Of a DNA stretch of 64,000 bases, positions 37,346 to 47,700 are shown in pieces (position 1 is the stretch's first letter; each line of letters begins with the position of its first letter). Source of the stretch: Candidatus Gottesmanbacteria bacterium GW2011_GWA2_43_14 (GTDB taxonomy: Bacteria; Patescibacteriota; Microgenomatia; 2-02-FULL-39-11). The notes below the pieces were generated by a model. The model saw only the letters and a program-made list of their open reading frames with translations, was not told where the DNA came from and did no database searches. The DNA is taken from NCBI GenBank assembly GCA_000999095.1, contig LCFP01000001.1, forward strand, positions 74,230-138,229, in the 5' to 3' direction. A program made the position numbers and the translations under genes.

Positions 37346-38478
37346 TTCCTTAAAATATATGCCTTCATCTTCCTCATAAATACTGCTTCGGAAAACCGTA
37401 TTGCATTTTCCCTTAGAAGCCGGGGATTAAATTCCATGGTTTCAAAAATCCTTAAGGCGTTTTCCAGTGATGCTTCTGTTTTTTCCCCGTAGAGTAAACC
37501 GGTTTGACCATGCCTGATGCTCTCGGCAGCTCCGCCCAAGGCAAGAGCGATGACCGGACTGCCGCAGGCTTGGGCTTCCACGGCTGTCAAACCGAAATCT
37601 TCTTCACCCGGAAAAATTAAACTTCGGCAATTTTGATAATACCAACACAATTTCCGGTCTGTCAAATTACCGGTTATAAATTTGACAGAATTGCCGGCCA
37701 GATTTTGCAACCTGCGGTTGTCCACTCCGCTGCCGATAACAACCAGTTTTTGTCCGGTCTTGCTGAACAGGCTAATGGCATAATCCAATCCTTTATAAGG
37801 GACGAGCCGGGAAACAATCAGGAAATAATCTCCCCTTGTTTTTTTGTCCGGAAGGCTGAATGAACCGGTATCAAGAGGCGGATAGACAACTTCCGCCTTC
37901 TCCCGGTAGAAACGGCTCAACCTCTTTTTAACCGTTTCGGATATGGCCAGATAGGTATCGGGTCTTTTGGCCGACAATAAGTCCCAACGCCGCAATGCCG
38001 GGGCAAAAAGCCTCATGCCTGCCCGGAATAAAGGGTTTAAAAGTCCGACACCGGGTTCGGCCAAATATTCATTATATCCGCTCCAAAGATACCTGGTTGG
38101 CGTCAAACAATAGCAAATATGCAACGTGCCGGGTTTGGTAATGATGCTTTTGGCATCGGAGGAAGTTACCGATAAGACAATATCAAAATCGCTGAAATCG
38201 AAATTTTCGAAAGCATATGGAGTCAGAAAAGGCAGCATTTCATGATAGCGGTCGGCCAGAGGAAGATGCTTTAAAAAAGAAGTCCTGACTTCAAAACTGT
38301 CCGCCCACGGTGCTTTGTTTCTGTCATAAATGGCAGTATATAGCGGAGCATCAGGATAAAGTTTATGCAGTGACAAAAGAACCCTTTCCGCACCGCCGAA
38401 TTTCACTACGCGGTCATAGACGAGGGCAATTTTCGGTTTTTCACCGTTTCTACTGTCTGTCATATCGGTAATAATCAT
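37321..38478 (-). CDS. GT4-family (GT-B) glycosyltransferase
   Basis: 385 aa. EX7E-type C-terminal motif (FPGEEDFGLTAVEAQACGSPVIA). Confidence 0.8.
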   Translation of the reverse strand: MIITDMTDSRNGEKPKIALVYDRVVKFGGAERVLLSLHKLYPDAPLYTAIYDRNKAPWADSFEVRTSFLKHLPLADRYHEMLPFLTPYAFENFDFSDFDIVLSVTSSDAKSIITKPGTLHICYCLTPTRYLWSGYNEYLAEPGVGLLNPLFRAGMRLFAPALRRWDLLSAKRPDTYLAISETVKKRLSRFYREKAEVVYPPLDTGSFSLPDKKTRGDYFLIVSRLVPYKGLDYAISLFSKTGQKLVVIGSGVDNRRLQNLAGNSVKFITGNLTDRKLCWYYQNCRSLIFPGEEDFGLTAVEAQACGSPVIALALGGAAESIRHGQTGLLYGEKTEASLENALRIFETMEFNPRLLRENAIRFSEAVFMRKMKAYILRKWRKEQSV

Positions 38479-39949
38479 AAGGCTTGCCCATATTGGTTAA
38501 CTGATATAGATCCGGCAAAAGTTCAGGCTCCTGACCGTAAAGGAAGGCTTTCACCAAACGGAAATTATTGACCGGGGAAAAATCTTCTTTTAGATTTTTG
38601 TAATCTTCACCGGGCAGATAGACGGCATTAAGAATTGACATTTTTAAAGCAATTTCCTTTTGTGAAGCCTCTGACCAGTCAAATTCCTGCTTATCGGCCT
38701 CATATGCTTCAGGATAGGGTCCTTCGTCAGCCTGAAAAATTATAATCGGAGGATTACTTTTATCCTCAAGGAACTTGTCGGTCAACTTGATGACTTCCCG
38801 GTTTAGATATTCAATCTGGTCAAGGTATTTGGTCTTGTAAGATCTGGCAGAGTCTTCTGCCAATGGCAGGAAACTGCCATCCTGCCGAAATACAAATGGT
38901 TCGTGCGGCACAAGCATATGGGCAAAGACAAATGTAGGCCGGGGTTCGACGGGGATTTCCTTCAGTTTATCAAATTTGTAGCGGATCCTCCTCCACTGGG
39001 TATAGCGGTAATCAAGAAGCGGCAGCCGGAATTTTTCAGCCAAAGGCTTTAGGGCGGAATTGTTGACCAGGATGGCTGAAAATTCGGAGAGCACATTCAA
39101 ATTGACATTCTCGTCGGCATGCCTGTTTTTACCGGTAGGCCACCACCAGTCTCCGAAATGATAGTATTTATAGCCTAATTTTTTCAGTTCAGCCTGGATT
39201 CTGTTGTTCTCCAGCATCCGGTATAAAGGCAACCAGTCCTGAGATTCCTTCATCCCGGCATCCAACGGATTATCCAAATAATCCATATTCAGGGTAGCTG
39301 TCAGGGAATGGGCTGAGGATGTATAATTTGCCCAACTTTTTGAGGCAATAAAGAAATTCTTCCCCTTTAAATAATCGGTAAAAGGGCTAAGGTCATAATC
39401 AAATTCCTTCTTGAGGCTATCGGCTGAAGCATAACGGTCAAAAATAATAAAATATATGTCCGGCAGTTTTTCGGCTGAAACTGCACGGGTGACAACCGTG
39501 GAAACGGATTCTCCGGAAAAATCCACTTTGATCCTCAGCTGATAATTAATGACCTGAACCAGCGGAATTGCTACCAGTACAAGGGAAAAAATATTTGTCC
39601 AGAAATGTAATTTATCGGTGTTTTTTACGTATTTCAATTTTCGGGCCGCAGTAAAAATCAGTCCTCCAAATAACAGATAAATCAAAAGCGGCTGTTTAAT
39701 AAACTTTTCCAGATGTCCGTAGGAGAAAAAAAGATAGAGGCTTATGGAAGTCAAAACAGCAGAAATCCTCAATTTGCGGGTGATCACCGTATAAATCAAA
39801 AAGAAGCACAGACACAGAATCACTGAAAATAAAAAAGGCAGGTAGGTTTCCTGGGGGAGGACCTGGTATAAATTTGCCTGATACAGACCAAGGACCGGAT
39901 AGACCGACATCAAAAAAGGGTGCAGCCAGGGGAAATTTAAGGGATTCAT
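38450..39949 (-). CDS. Membrane-anchored sulfatase / alkaline-phosphatase-superfamily enzyme (LtaS/phosphotransferase-like)
   Basis: 499 aa. Five N-terminal TM helices, then an extracytoplasmic domain with the metal-site-like DIYFIIFDRYASAD and the HxP motif LVPHEPFVF. Confidence 0.5.
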   Translation of the reverse strand: MNPLNFPWLHPFLMSVYPVLGLYQANLYQVLPQETYLPFLFSVILCLCFFLIYTVITRKLRISAVLTSISLYLFFSYGHLEKFIKQPLLIYLLFGGLIFTAARKLKYVKNTDKLHFWTNIFSLVLVAIPLVQVINYQLRIKVDFSGESVSTVVTRAVSAEKLPDIYFIIFDRYASADSLKKEFDYDLSPFTDYLKGKNFFIASKSWANYTSSAHSLTATLNMDYLDNPLDAGMKESQDWLPLYRMLENNRIQAELKKLGYKYYHFGDWWWPTGKNRHADENVNLNVLSEFSAILVNNSALKPLAEKFRLPLLDYRYTQWRRIRYKFDKLKEIPVEPRPTFVFAHMLVPHEPFVFRQDGSFLPLAEDSARSYKTKYLDQIEYLNREVIKLTDKFLEDKSNPPIIIFQADEGPYPEAYEADKQEFDWSEASQKEIALKMSILNAVYLPGEDYKNLKEDFSPVNNFRLVKAFLYGQEPELLPDLYQLTNMGKPYDYYRYDRQ

Positions 39950-41391
39950 CGGTGACCCTCCAGTAAATATAAAATGCGGTCTTTGGATTTTAACGGCTGC
40001 TTTTTTCGGAGACGGAAATAGCGGCCGAAATCCGCCTGAAAATTTGTCTCTGAATACGCAGAGACATCCGCATTTCTTATTTGGGAGAGCAGCCTGACCT
40101 GGGGATCAGACGGGCCTACGAATTCGACTATCAGCTGTTTTCCCAGGCTGCTCAAATATTCTGCAATTGCCGAAAAAGGCAGGTTATCGGAAAAAAACAG
40201 GTGGTGGATTAAGGCCAATGCCAACACGCTGTCGGATTTAAGCCGTACGTCAAAAGTTTCCCTCTCCAGGTTGCGCCAACCCAGACCCGGACTGGGATTG
40301 ATCAGATCAATTGACAATGGCAGCAGATTTCCGATTTTTTCAGTCTCTGCCTGCCGGTAATTAATCTCAACAGCCAGGCTGTCGAAGTCGCAGGAAACTA
40401 CATATCCTGCCTTCCCTGCCGCCAGCCTGGAGTAGAATCCCGTATTGGCTCCCAAGTCGACCAGCTTGACCGGTTTGATAAAATTCAGCCATCCAATCGT
40501 CAGGCGTTCTTTTTCACGGCTGTATTCAGACATATCAGGCAGCCGGTAGTAATCCGACCAAAGGCTTCTTGATTCGGGAAGCCGGAGCGAGTTGACGGCT
40601 TTTTCCAGACTGTCAAGAATCCCCTCCAAACCTCTGCCCGTGACTTTGGAAGCTTCTTTTTCAACTGCTCCCTCCTTTTGGTATTTAGTTGCACTCAGGG
40701 CATGAAGGTGTAAATTCAAAAACAGATGCAAATTTAACCTGGATTTTCCCGGCAGTAGTTTTACTCCCAAATCCATAGGAACACCGTCCAGATGGTTTTT
40801 CATCAGCTGCTGCAGCCTTAAATCCCGGTAGGCCATCAAAGACAGCGGCAGCAGGAAATGCTGGCAAAATTGCCGGTAGGCAACCCAGGGACGGTTAATT
40901 TCGTAGCGTTCAAAAGAGAGCGTGTCAATAAAAACAGGCATTAAGCCTTTAAACTGGACATTGTATGAACTGGCATCTTTTAAAGTCAGGCCGTGTTTAA
41001 GGGCGGCTTTTTCTATTTTCAAAGTCAGGAGCGCTGCTTTCTTATAGGCTGAGAAACTCCATTCATATGGATAGCTGATGACGGGAATTACCTCAGGTTC
41101 CAGAATTTTATAGAGTCCCTTATCCTGCCAGCCGGATTTTGCGGGTGATTCCTCTTTGTGTTCAATCAGCAGCTTGTCTGATACGAGCTCCTGATACAGG
41201 CCTGAGTTCATCAAAAGGTCATAATCAGCCCGGTAGCTGTCTTGAACCGTCCTGATGATTCTACCCTGATGATGGAAAACCTGTCCGCTTCTATCCCGGA
41301 AGGATGAGGGCAAAGCTCTGATTTTATTCATTTTTTCTTCTGTCTGAATGAAGCTACCAGGCGGTTGAGGCTGCTTTTGATATACTTCCAA
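39946..41391 (-). CDS. Two-domain protein: N-terminal domain of uncertain, possibly kinase-like, fold plus a C-terminal class I SAM-methyltransferase
   Basis: 481 aa. The C-terminus LVDLGANTGFYSRLAAGKAGYVVSCDFD is MTase motif I plus the post-I acidic residue. The N-terminal 300 aa contain LKDASSYNVQF...PVFIDTLSFE, reminiscent of a kinase catalytic loop plus DFG-like segment (weak). An alternative start at M21 (ATG at 41331) would give an ATGA overlap with the upstream small ORF. Confidence 0.5.
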   Translation of the reverse strand: MEVYQKQPQPPGSFIQTEEKMNKIRALPSSFRDRSGQVFHHQGRIIRTVQDSYRADYDLLMNSGLYQELVSDKLLIEHKEESPAKSGWQDKGLYKILEPEVIPVISYPYEWSFSAYKKAALLTLKIEKAALKHGLTLKDASSYNVQFKGLMPVFIDTLSFERYEINRPWVAYRQFCQHFLLPLSLMAYRDLRLQQLMKNHLDGVPMDLGVKLLPGKSRLNLHLFLNLHLHALSATKYQKEGAVEKEASKVTGRGLEGILDSLEKAVNSLRLPESRSLWSDYYRLPDMSEYSREKERLTIGWLNFIKPVKLVDLGANTGFYSRLAAGKAGYVVSCDFDSLAVEINYRQAETEKIGNLLPLSIDLINPSPGLGWRNLERETFDVRLKSDSVLALALIHHLFFSDNLPFSAIAEYLSSLGKQLIVEFVGPSDPQVRLLSQIRNADVSAYSETNFQADFGRYFRLRKKQPLKSKDRILYLLEGHR

Positions 41392-41531
41392 AAAAACCTG
41401 AAAGAGACGGCCAGTCCGAGAAAGACGGCGATTATTGTCTGAAAAATATAACTGCCCGTGCCCGGATCAATATATGCGTGAACTTTCGGCGGAAACAGAA
41501 AAATGATAATAAGGATAAAAAGAATTCTCAT
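41328..41531 (-). CDS. Hypothetical small membrane protein (2 TM), possibly translationally coupled to the downstream gene
   Basis: 67 aa and very hydrophobic (ILFILIIIFLFPP ... IIAVFLGLAVSF). Its stop overlaps the ATG at 41331 of the next gene by 2 nt. It could equally be spurious. Confidence 0.3.
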   Translation of the reverse strand: MRILFILIIIFLFPPKVHAYIDPGTGSYIFQTIIAVFLGLAVSFRFFWKYIKSSLNRLVASFRQKKK

Positions 41532-41544
41532 GGACTGTATTTTA

Positions 41545-42663
41545 TCATTTAAACCTCTGGTATTGCCAGTCTGTATCCCTGGCGGTTTTCTCCCAGGAAA
41601 ATCTCCGGCTCCTCTCTTTGGCGCCCGATAGCCGGGTATTTTTTTCTTTCCGGGAAAGTGTAAGAAAAAAAGCGATTGCCTTCCTTATGGATTTGCTTTC
41701 GTTCGGATCGAAATAAATTAAAGCATCTCCCCAGATTTCTCTAAAAGCCGGGATATCTGAAACAACCGGCAGGCAACCGGCAGCCACCGCTTCCAAAAGG
41801 GGCAGTCCGAAACCCTCCATTAGGGCCGGTGAAATAAACCCCTCCGCCTGACGGTACAGGGCAGCCAACTCTGCATCATCTGCCTTGCCAAAAAAAATGA
41901 CGCTTTTTCCGGCACCGGCATCCTTTGCCAACCGCTTTAAACGGGGATAGAAAAAATCATCATTTCCCACCAATATCAGCCGGACCTGGTGCTCTCTTTC
42001 TATTTGCGGAAACAAAAGTACGAGTTTCTCCAGATTTTTATGGGGGTAGGCATTTCCCACATATATAAGGTAAGGTTTGCCCCGGGGAAGGTATACGGAA
42101 GTATTTTCTGCATTATTAAGAGTTTTAAGGAAATTTTCGTCCAAAGCGTCATAAGTGACGCTAACTTTATCCCGGGCTTCAGCGTAATGCGCTTTGATTT
42201 CCCCGGCTGTTGCTTCAGAAATGGCAAAAACGTGCTCTGCTTTGGAAAGGGCTCTCCTCATCAGCATCCGGTAAGCGGATTTTTTCAGCATATATACAGG
42301 ATAAGGCCAGCGGCTGGCACGTCCGGTTGTTTCATGGTCAATAATAAGATCATGAACAGTCACCACAAACCTGCCCTGATAAAAAACAGGCAAACTGAAA
42401 TAGGGAAAATGAACCAGGTCCAGTTTGTATTTTCCCAGTATAAAAGGCAGCCAAAGCTGTTCTGTCAGGGAATGCCAGCGGACATCAAGTGCAATTTTTA
42501 TAAAGGATGAGGGTAGATTGGGCAGGTATTTTAACTCACGGCTCCCCGTAAAAACCAGAAATTCATCATGTTTATTTATCTTGGCCAGGTTTATCAGCAG
42601 GTTTTTGATATACCTGCCGACTCCGGTCTCATTAACCAGCCTGGCGTCAAAACCGATGCGCAT
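41545..42663 (-). CDS. GT4-family glycosyltransferase
   Basis: 372 aa. C-terminus EGFGLPLLEAVAAGCLPVVSD. Confidence 0.8.
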   Translation of the reverse strand: MRIGFDARLVNETGVGRYIKNLLINLAKINKHDEFLVFTGSRELKYLPNLPSSFIKIALDVRWHSLTEQLWLPFILGKYKLDLVHFPYFSLPVFYQGRFVVTVHDLIIDHETTGRASRWPYPVYMLKKSAYRMLMRRALSKAEHVFAISEATAGEIKAHYAEARDKVSVTYDALDENFLKTLNNAENTSVYLPRGKPYLIYVGNAYPHKNLEKLVLLFPQIEREHQVRLILVGNDDFFYPRLKRLAKDAGAGKSVIFFGKADDAELAALYRQAEGFISPALMEGFGLPLLEAVAAGCLPVVSDIPAFREIWGDALIYFDPNESKSIRKAIAFFLTLSRKEKNTRLSGAKERSRRFSWEKTARDTDWQYQRFK

Positions 42664-43552
42664 ATGATGACAACCGCTCCTTTATGCTGATACCGAAAAA
42701 AATTAACGGTGACAGCCATTTGTAAATGCCCCGGTTATAATGCTTGCGGTAAAAAATCCTCATGACCTCATAACGTGCCTGACTTGCCCTGATTTTGGTT
42801 TGACGGCTGGCCGTGGAAATATGGCTGGTATGTTTTTTCAGGCCTGAAGATACGCCCTTATAATGGATTATAGAAACCCTGGGCAAAAAAAAGATTTTCC
42901 AGCCGTTTTTTTTGAGACGATAGCAAAAATCGAGATCTTCCCCGTACCAGAAATATGACTCGTCGAACCAGCCGGCGCTTCCGCCTGCCTCCTTCCTTAC
43001 CATCATAAATGCCCCGACACAGCTGTCAATTTCATGGGTTTTATCCAGGTCGCGGTATCCCAAATGGTAACCGTTAAAGACCGTCGAGCGCGGAAAAAGA
43101 GCCGCCAAACCCGAAAAATGGCAAAAAGCATTCCAGGGCGTGGGAAAGCCGCGGTGACAGGCATCATCCAGTGATCCGTCAGGCAGATTGACCCTGGCAG
43201 TGACAACGGCTGCTTGCGGATTTTTTTCCAGGAAGAGGACTGTTTCCCGGAGTGTTTGCTTCCCCACAAGCGTGTCCGGGTTCAGAAACAGCACATATTG
43301 ACCTCGGCAGTATTTGACACCCCGATTATTGGCTTTGGCAAAACCGGTATTGGTTTTGTTCTGCAGTATTTTGACTTTAGGAAACTTTTTTTTGAGAACA
43401 TTTGCCGGGTTTTCCCGTGAAGCATTGTCTGTGACGATGACTTCAAATTCAGAATCAGGCAAACTGCTATTATAGAGCGAGACCAGACAGGCTGATAAAT
43501 ATTCCAGGGTGTTGTAATTTACGATAATGACGGATAAAGTCGGTTTGCTCAT
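42647..43552 (-). CDS. GT2-family (GT-A) glycosyltransferase
   Basis: 301 aa. LSVIIVNYNT...EVIVTDNAS and DxD region (FLNPDT). Confidence 0.8.
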   Translation of the reverse strand: MSKPTLSVIIVNYNTLEYLSACLVSLYNSSLPDSEFEVIVTDNASRENPANVLKKKFPKVKILQNKTNTGFAKANNRGVKYCRGQYVLFLNPDTLVGKQTLRETVLFLEKNPQAAVVTARVNLPDGSLDDACHRGFPTPWNAFCHFSGLAALFPRSTVFNGYHLGYRDLDKTHEIDSCVGAFMMVRKEAGGSAGWFDESYFWYGEDLDFCYRLKKNGWKIFFLPRVSIIHYKGVSSGLKKHTSHISTASRQTKIRASQARYEVMRIFYRKHYNRGIYKWLSPLIFFGISIKERLSSYAHRF

Positions 43553-43557
43553 CTTGT

Positions 43558-44742
43558 TCAGACTGACTGTTGGTAAATCCGGTCAAGCCGGTTTGAAATC
43601 TCTGTCCAGCTGAAATTCTTCTCGACCAGAAGCCTTCCGCTGGCGGCCAACTTCCGGTACAGTTTGTTGTCAGTCAACAGCTTAACCGTAGCATCAGCCA
43701 GAGCTTCGGGACCATCTTCAATCAAAGCATCCCGCTTGTTAACGGCAGCCAGGCCCTCTATGCCGGTAGGCGTGGTAACAACCGGCAGTCCGGCGGCCAT
43801 TGATTCCAGAATTTTGTAGCGGGTGCCGCCCGGTCCGTAAATCGGTGCCAGCAATACATCTGCCGCAGCATAGGATCTGCGGATATCGTCAACATTTTCT
43901 TCAATTGATATATCCCCCGCTTCCAATCCGGCAATCTGCGCAGGCGGATGCCTGCCGACAATCGACAGCCTGACCTTACTCGGCAGTTTGGCTTTAATTC
44001 TCGGCCAGACATCCCTAACCAGAAGGGTAACGGCTTCGCGGTTTTGCAGCCATTTAAAATTGCCGACAAAAAGCACAGTCTTCATTTTATTTTTCTGTTT
44101 TTCGGTTTTGACGGTAAAAAAATCCGTATCGACGCCGTTGGGTACCAGGTCAACCACCAGTTTCTGATGCCTTTTCTGCATCAGTATTTTATCGGCCTCT
44201 GACATGGCGATGACCCTTTTAGCCCTTTTCCAGAAGCTTTTTTCCCAATAGTGAATTTTGGCTACGTCGAGCTCCATCAGCAGTTTCTGGGGTAAAAAAC
44301 CCACCTGCTGGGTATGATGACGGTAAACCAGATATTCTATGGTCTGTTCAGCCAGAATAATGGGAATATTATTCTGTGGAATATTGGGCATGACATAGAA
44401 AGTTTCGGCATGGATCAGGTCGAACTTTTTACGGTTAATGGCTTCAGATATGGAATTTTTCACCTCCATCTTAAGATACATGCAGACAACCAATGGATAA
44501 TAGGAAATGCCTGCCAAAGCTAAACTTGTAAGCGACCAGGGCGGTCTTTTGACGAAAACTTTGACTTCCGAGCAAAAATTATTCAGGACCTTTATATAGT
44601 TTTTTTCCTTCTCTTCCCTGATAAAGGAAAACAGGGTGATGTCATGCTTTTTGCTTAAGTGCTTCAGGAGATTGAAAGTGCGGATCTGACCGCCTGACCA
44701 AAGCGGATACGGCAGGTAAGGAGTGAGCATCAGAATTTTCAT
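43558..44742 (-). CDS. GT4-family glycosyltransferase
   Basis: 394 aa. C-terminus GGTRYKILESMAAGLPVVTT. Confidence 0.75.
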   Translation of the reverse strand: MKILMLTPYLPYPLWSGGQIRTFNLLKHLSKKHDITLFSFIREEKEKNYIKVLNNFCSEVKVFVKRPPWSLTSLALAGISYYPLVVCMYLKMEVKNSISEAINRKKFDLIHAETFYVMPNIPQNNIPIILAEQTIEYLVYRHHTQQVGFLPQKLLMELDVAKIHYWEKSFWKRAKRVIAMSEADKILMQKRHQKLVVDLVPNGVDTDFFTVKTEKQKNKMKTVLFVGNFKWLQNREAVTLLVRDVWPRIKAKLPSKVRLSIVGRHPPAQIAGLEAGDISIEENVDDIRRSYAAADVLLAPIYGPGGTRYKILESMAAGLPVVTTPTGIEGLAAVNKRDALIEDGPEALADATVKLLTDNKLYRKLAASGRLLVEKNFSWTEISNRLDRIYQQSV

Positions 44743-44751
44743 ATTTGGAGA

Positions 44752-47700
44752 TTATTTGGGAAGCCTGTTATCCGGGACAAGTTGAATAATTGTATATCGG
44801 TCAGTTTTGGCAATAAGTTTATAGAGTCTTAGGCTTTCATCTTTGTTAGTTGCCGCGGCAACGAGCTCCTTTGTCAACTCATCATTACCGACACTTACAT
44901 AGAAATGTGCGCCCATCTTAATCATGCCCTCAATATCCTTTTGCATGATAGGCCAGCCTGCCCTATTTGTCTGGTATAGAAAAGCCGTGTCACCGTTATA
45001 TGGAGCGATAACCAGCGATTTTCTGGGCGTTAACAGGTCTACCTGTCTGCCGGCTTCAACAATTTCCGGGTGGTTGATGTTGTAAAAATCGCGTATGTGG
45101 TACCAGGCAAACATCAGCATGAAGAAAACTGAAACCGCCAAAACAACCCTGACTTTCAGGCGTCCCAAGCTTTGGCTTAAAGACAGCAGATAAACCGCTC
45201 CTTTACCCAGAAAGATTGCGATTATGGGAATGGTCAAAACCTGGTAATAGTCATGCCTGACATTGCCGGTGGCTACGACGGTGACGAAAAGTAATATAGC
45301 CAGTCCCCAAAGATAATATAAGTTGTTTTCTGCTTTTTTCGGAGACAAAAGCCCCAGGATCAAAAGAGGCAAACCGAAATAGCCCAGGATTAATTTCCCC
45401 AGACGCTCGGCAAACATCCATTGGAAAAAGGCACCCTTAAACCTGATGCCGTCACCGTTTAACAGCCAGGAATTGGCCGGGATGCCTTCCGGAAAATTGC
45501 CGGACCAGACTCTCCAGCCGAAATAAGGCAACATGACCAGAATTAAATAAATCAGCAGAAATAGAAGTGTTTTCAAACTTATTTTTTTGTCCTTCAGGAA
45601 GATATAAGAAAGAGGCAAAAAGAGAAAGACGGTAAAAGGCTTGACAAGGACAGCCGCCGATGCAAAGATTAAAGAAATCGTAAGCCTGAAGATTTTATTA
45701 AAAGATCGGTATTCCCCGGCCTTATCGGCAAAATAAAGCATACCGGTAGTGGTAAAGGCCAGGAACGGTTCAGGCAAAATTGTCCGGCTGAAAAAGACAT
45801 TATATGGTAAAACTGCAAAGAAGGCGGACGACCAGAAAGCGGTGGCTCTGCCGCTGTACTTGCGGACAAGCAAAAAGATAAAAATCAAAGTCCCTAAAGA
45901 GGCCAGTACCGAAGTCAACCTCTCTTTAAGCTCCAGATGGTAGCCAACCAGCAGTTTGTCGACAGCTACCGCGGCAATGTTGTAAAGCGGAAATTCGACG
46001 AAACGGTAACCTTTGGGGTTGTCTTTACCCGAAGCTACATTGGACAAATCATCATAAACGGGATAGAGCAGATTGATTCCGTTTTTGACATAGTTACGGG
46101 TGACCGCCGAAGTATCCGCCTGCCTCCAGGAATGCCAATCAGCCAAAGGCTCGGCAATTTTGTACAGGCGGAGTGAAAAAGCCGGAATCAGAATAATAAG
46201 AAGCAAAAACAAATCGCTTTTTACAAAAATCAGGCTTTTTTTCTTCAGGGAGGAAAAAAAGCTTCCCAGATCCGCAACCTGGGGCTTGGGCACTTTTTTA
46301 TTATTGCCCCGGGAAAGATGGACACCGGCCAAAACAATTCCCGAGATAGCCCAGAAAGATTGGGCTACTTTGGATGATTCAAAGACATCAATATAAACGG
46401 CATTGACCATCAGTCCGAAAATCAAGCCGGCAAAACCCGCACTGACGGCAAAAAATAGCGGGTCCTCCAACACTTCCAGATTTCTCCAGACATAATAGAG
46501 CATGTATAAAAGCATGCCGTAAAAAGCGGCAAAACCGAAAAGCCCTGTTTCCCCCAATGCTCTCAGATAATCATTGTCTGTCGACTCGGCTTCGGTAAAT
46601 TCCGTCAGCTGGGTCTTATTCAAAGTGGAATAACCGCTGCCGAACAGCGGATTTTTCTTAAAGCCGGCAACAGCCCGGGGCCACAGTGCATCGAAACGGA
46701 TGGCTGTGGACAGATCATAGATAAATGCGGTTTGGGAATAGGTCCTCGCTTTTTCGGTGATGTTGCCGTCGGCATCCACGATTTTCAGGGGTATATCATC
46801 CTCAACATCGCTCGGCCGGCCGATAGTCGGCGGCTGGTCGCTTTTGGAAGTAATTCGGCTTAATGCAGAACTGTTGTTTTCCAAAAAATAGGCTTTGTCT
46901 GTCGGAGGTTTACCGATAGGCAGCATGACCAGGGATTTTATACCCGACAACCTTTCATCAAGCCTGAGAAACCGGGTAAATCTTTCCGATAAATCCCCGA
47001 ATGAGAGCATTATGACAATGGAAAGAACTGTCACTGCCAGGTATCTCTTCAGAGACCAGACCAGACCCCGTCTAAAGGACCAGAAGGCAAACATCAGAAA
47101 CAGGCCGGCCAGATATGCCAGAAAAGAAGTGCGCGACGCGGTCAGGATAAGAGTCCAGAAGGCTGCTGAAAGAATAATAAATACAATTGCTTTGGCTAAC
47201 AGTTTTTTTAAGGAGAAAAATATGCTCCAGAGAAGTATCAAAGCCATCATCATATAAGCCGCCAGGTCATAATGCCCTCCGAAAGTAGACAGCACCCTGG
47301 CATGTTCCGTCAGGTAAAGCATCCAGCCTTTGGAAAATTCCCTGTTCATGGTGGAAAAAGCCGGCCAGTAAAGATATTTTTGTCCGAATCCGTAAAGTGC
47401 TACCGTCAGGATTACGGCCGAGAGAATGTAAAAATAGCTTAGAGCCTGCTTTAAAGATTTGACTGTGGTAAAAAAAATAAAAAACAGGGAGAAATACTCA
47501 ATTCTTCTGAGGAAGTGCAACAGGACTTTGGAGACGTGAAGCGTTTCCAAAGGCACCGATTTGGCTATAAATAAGGCAGAGACGATGGAAAGCAAACCTG
47601 CTGAAAGGTAAACCGCCATCCATTTGCTCAGGGGATTGCCTTTTAAATTGATTTTGCCGCGCAAAAGCTGCGAAAACCAGATAATACCTGCCGAAAGAAT

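Noticed and set aside
40500-40867. Two 60-64-aa minus-strand ORFs
   Set aside because: They are internal, out-of-frame ORFs within the 481-aa bidomain gene. No independent support.
43003-44069. 88-aa and 103-aa minus-strand ORFs
   Set aside because: They are out-of-frame overlaps within the GT2 and GT4 genes. Spurious.
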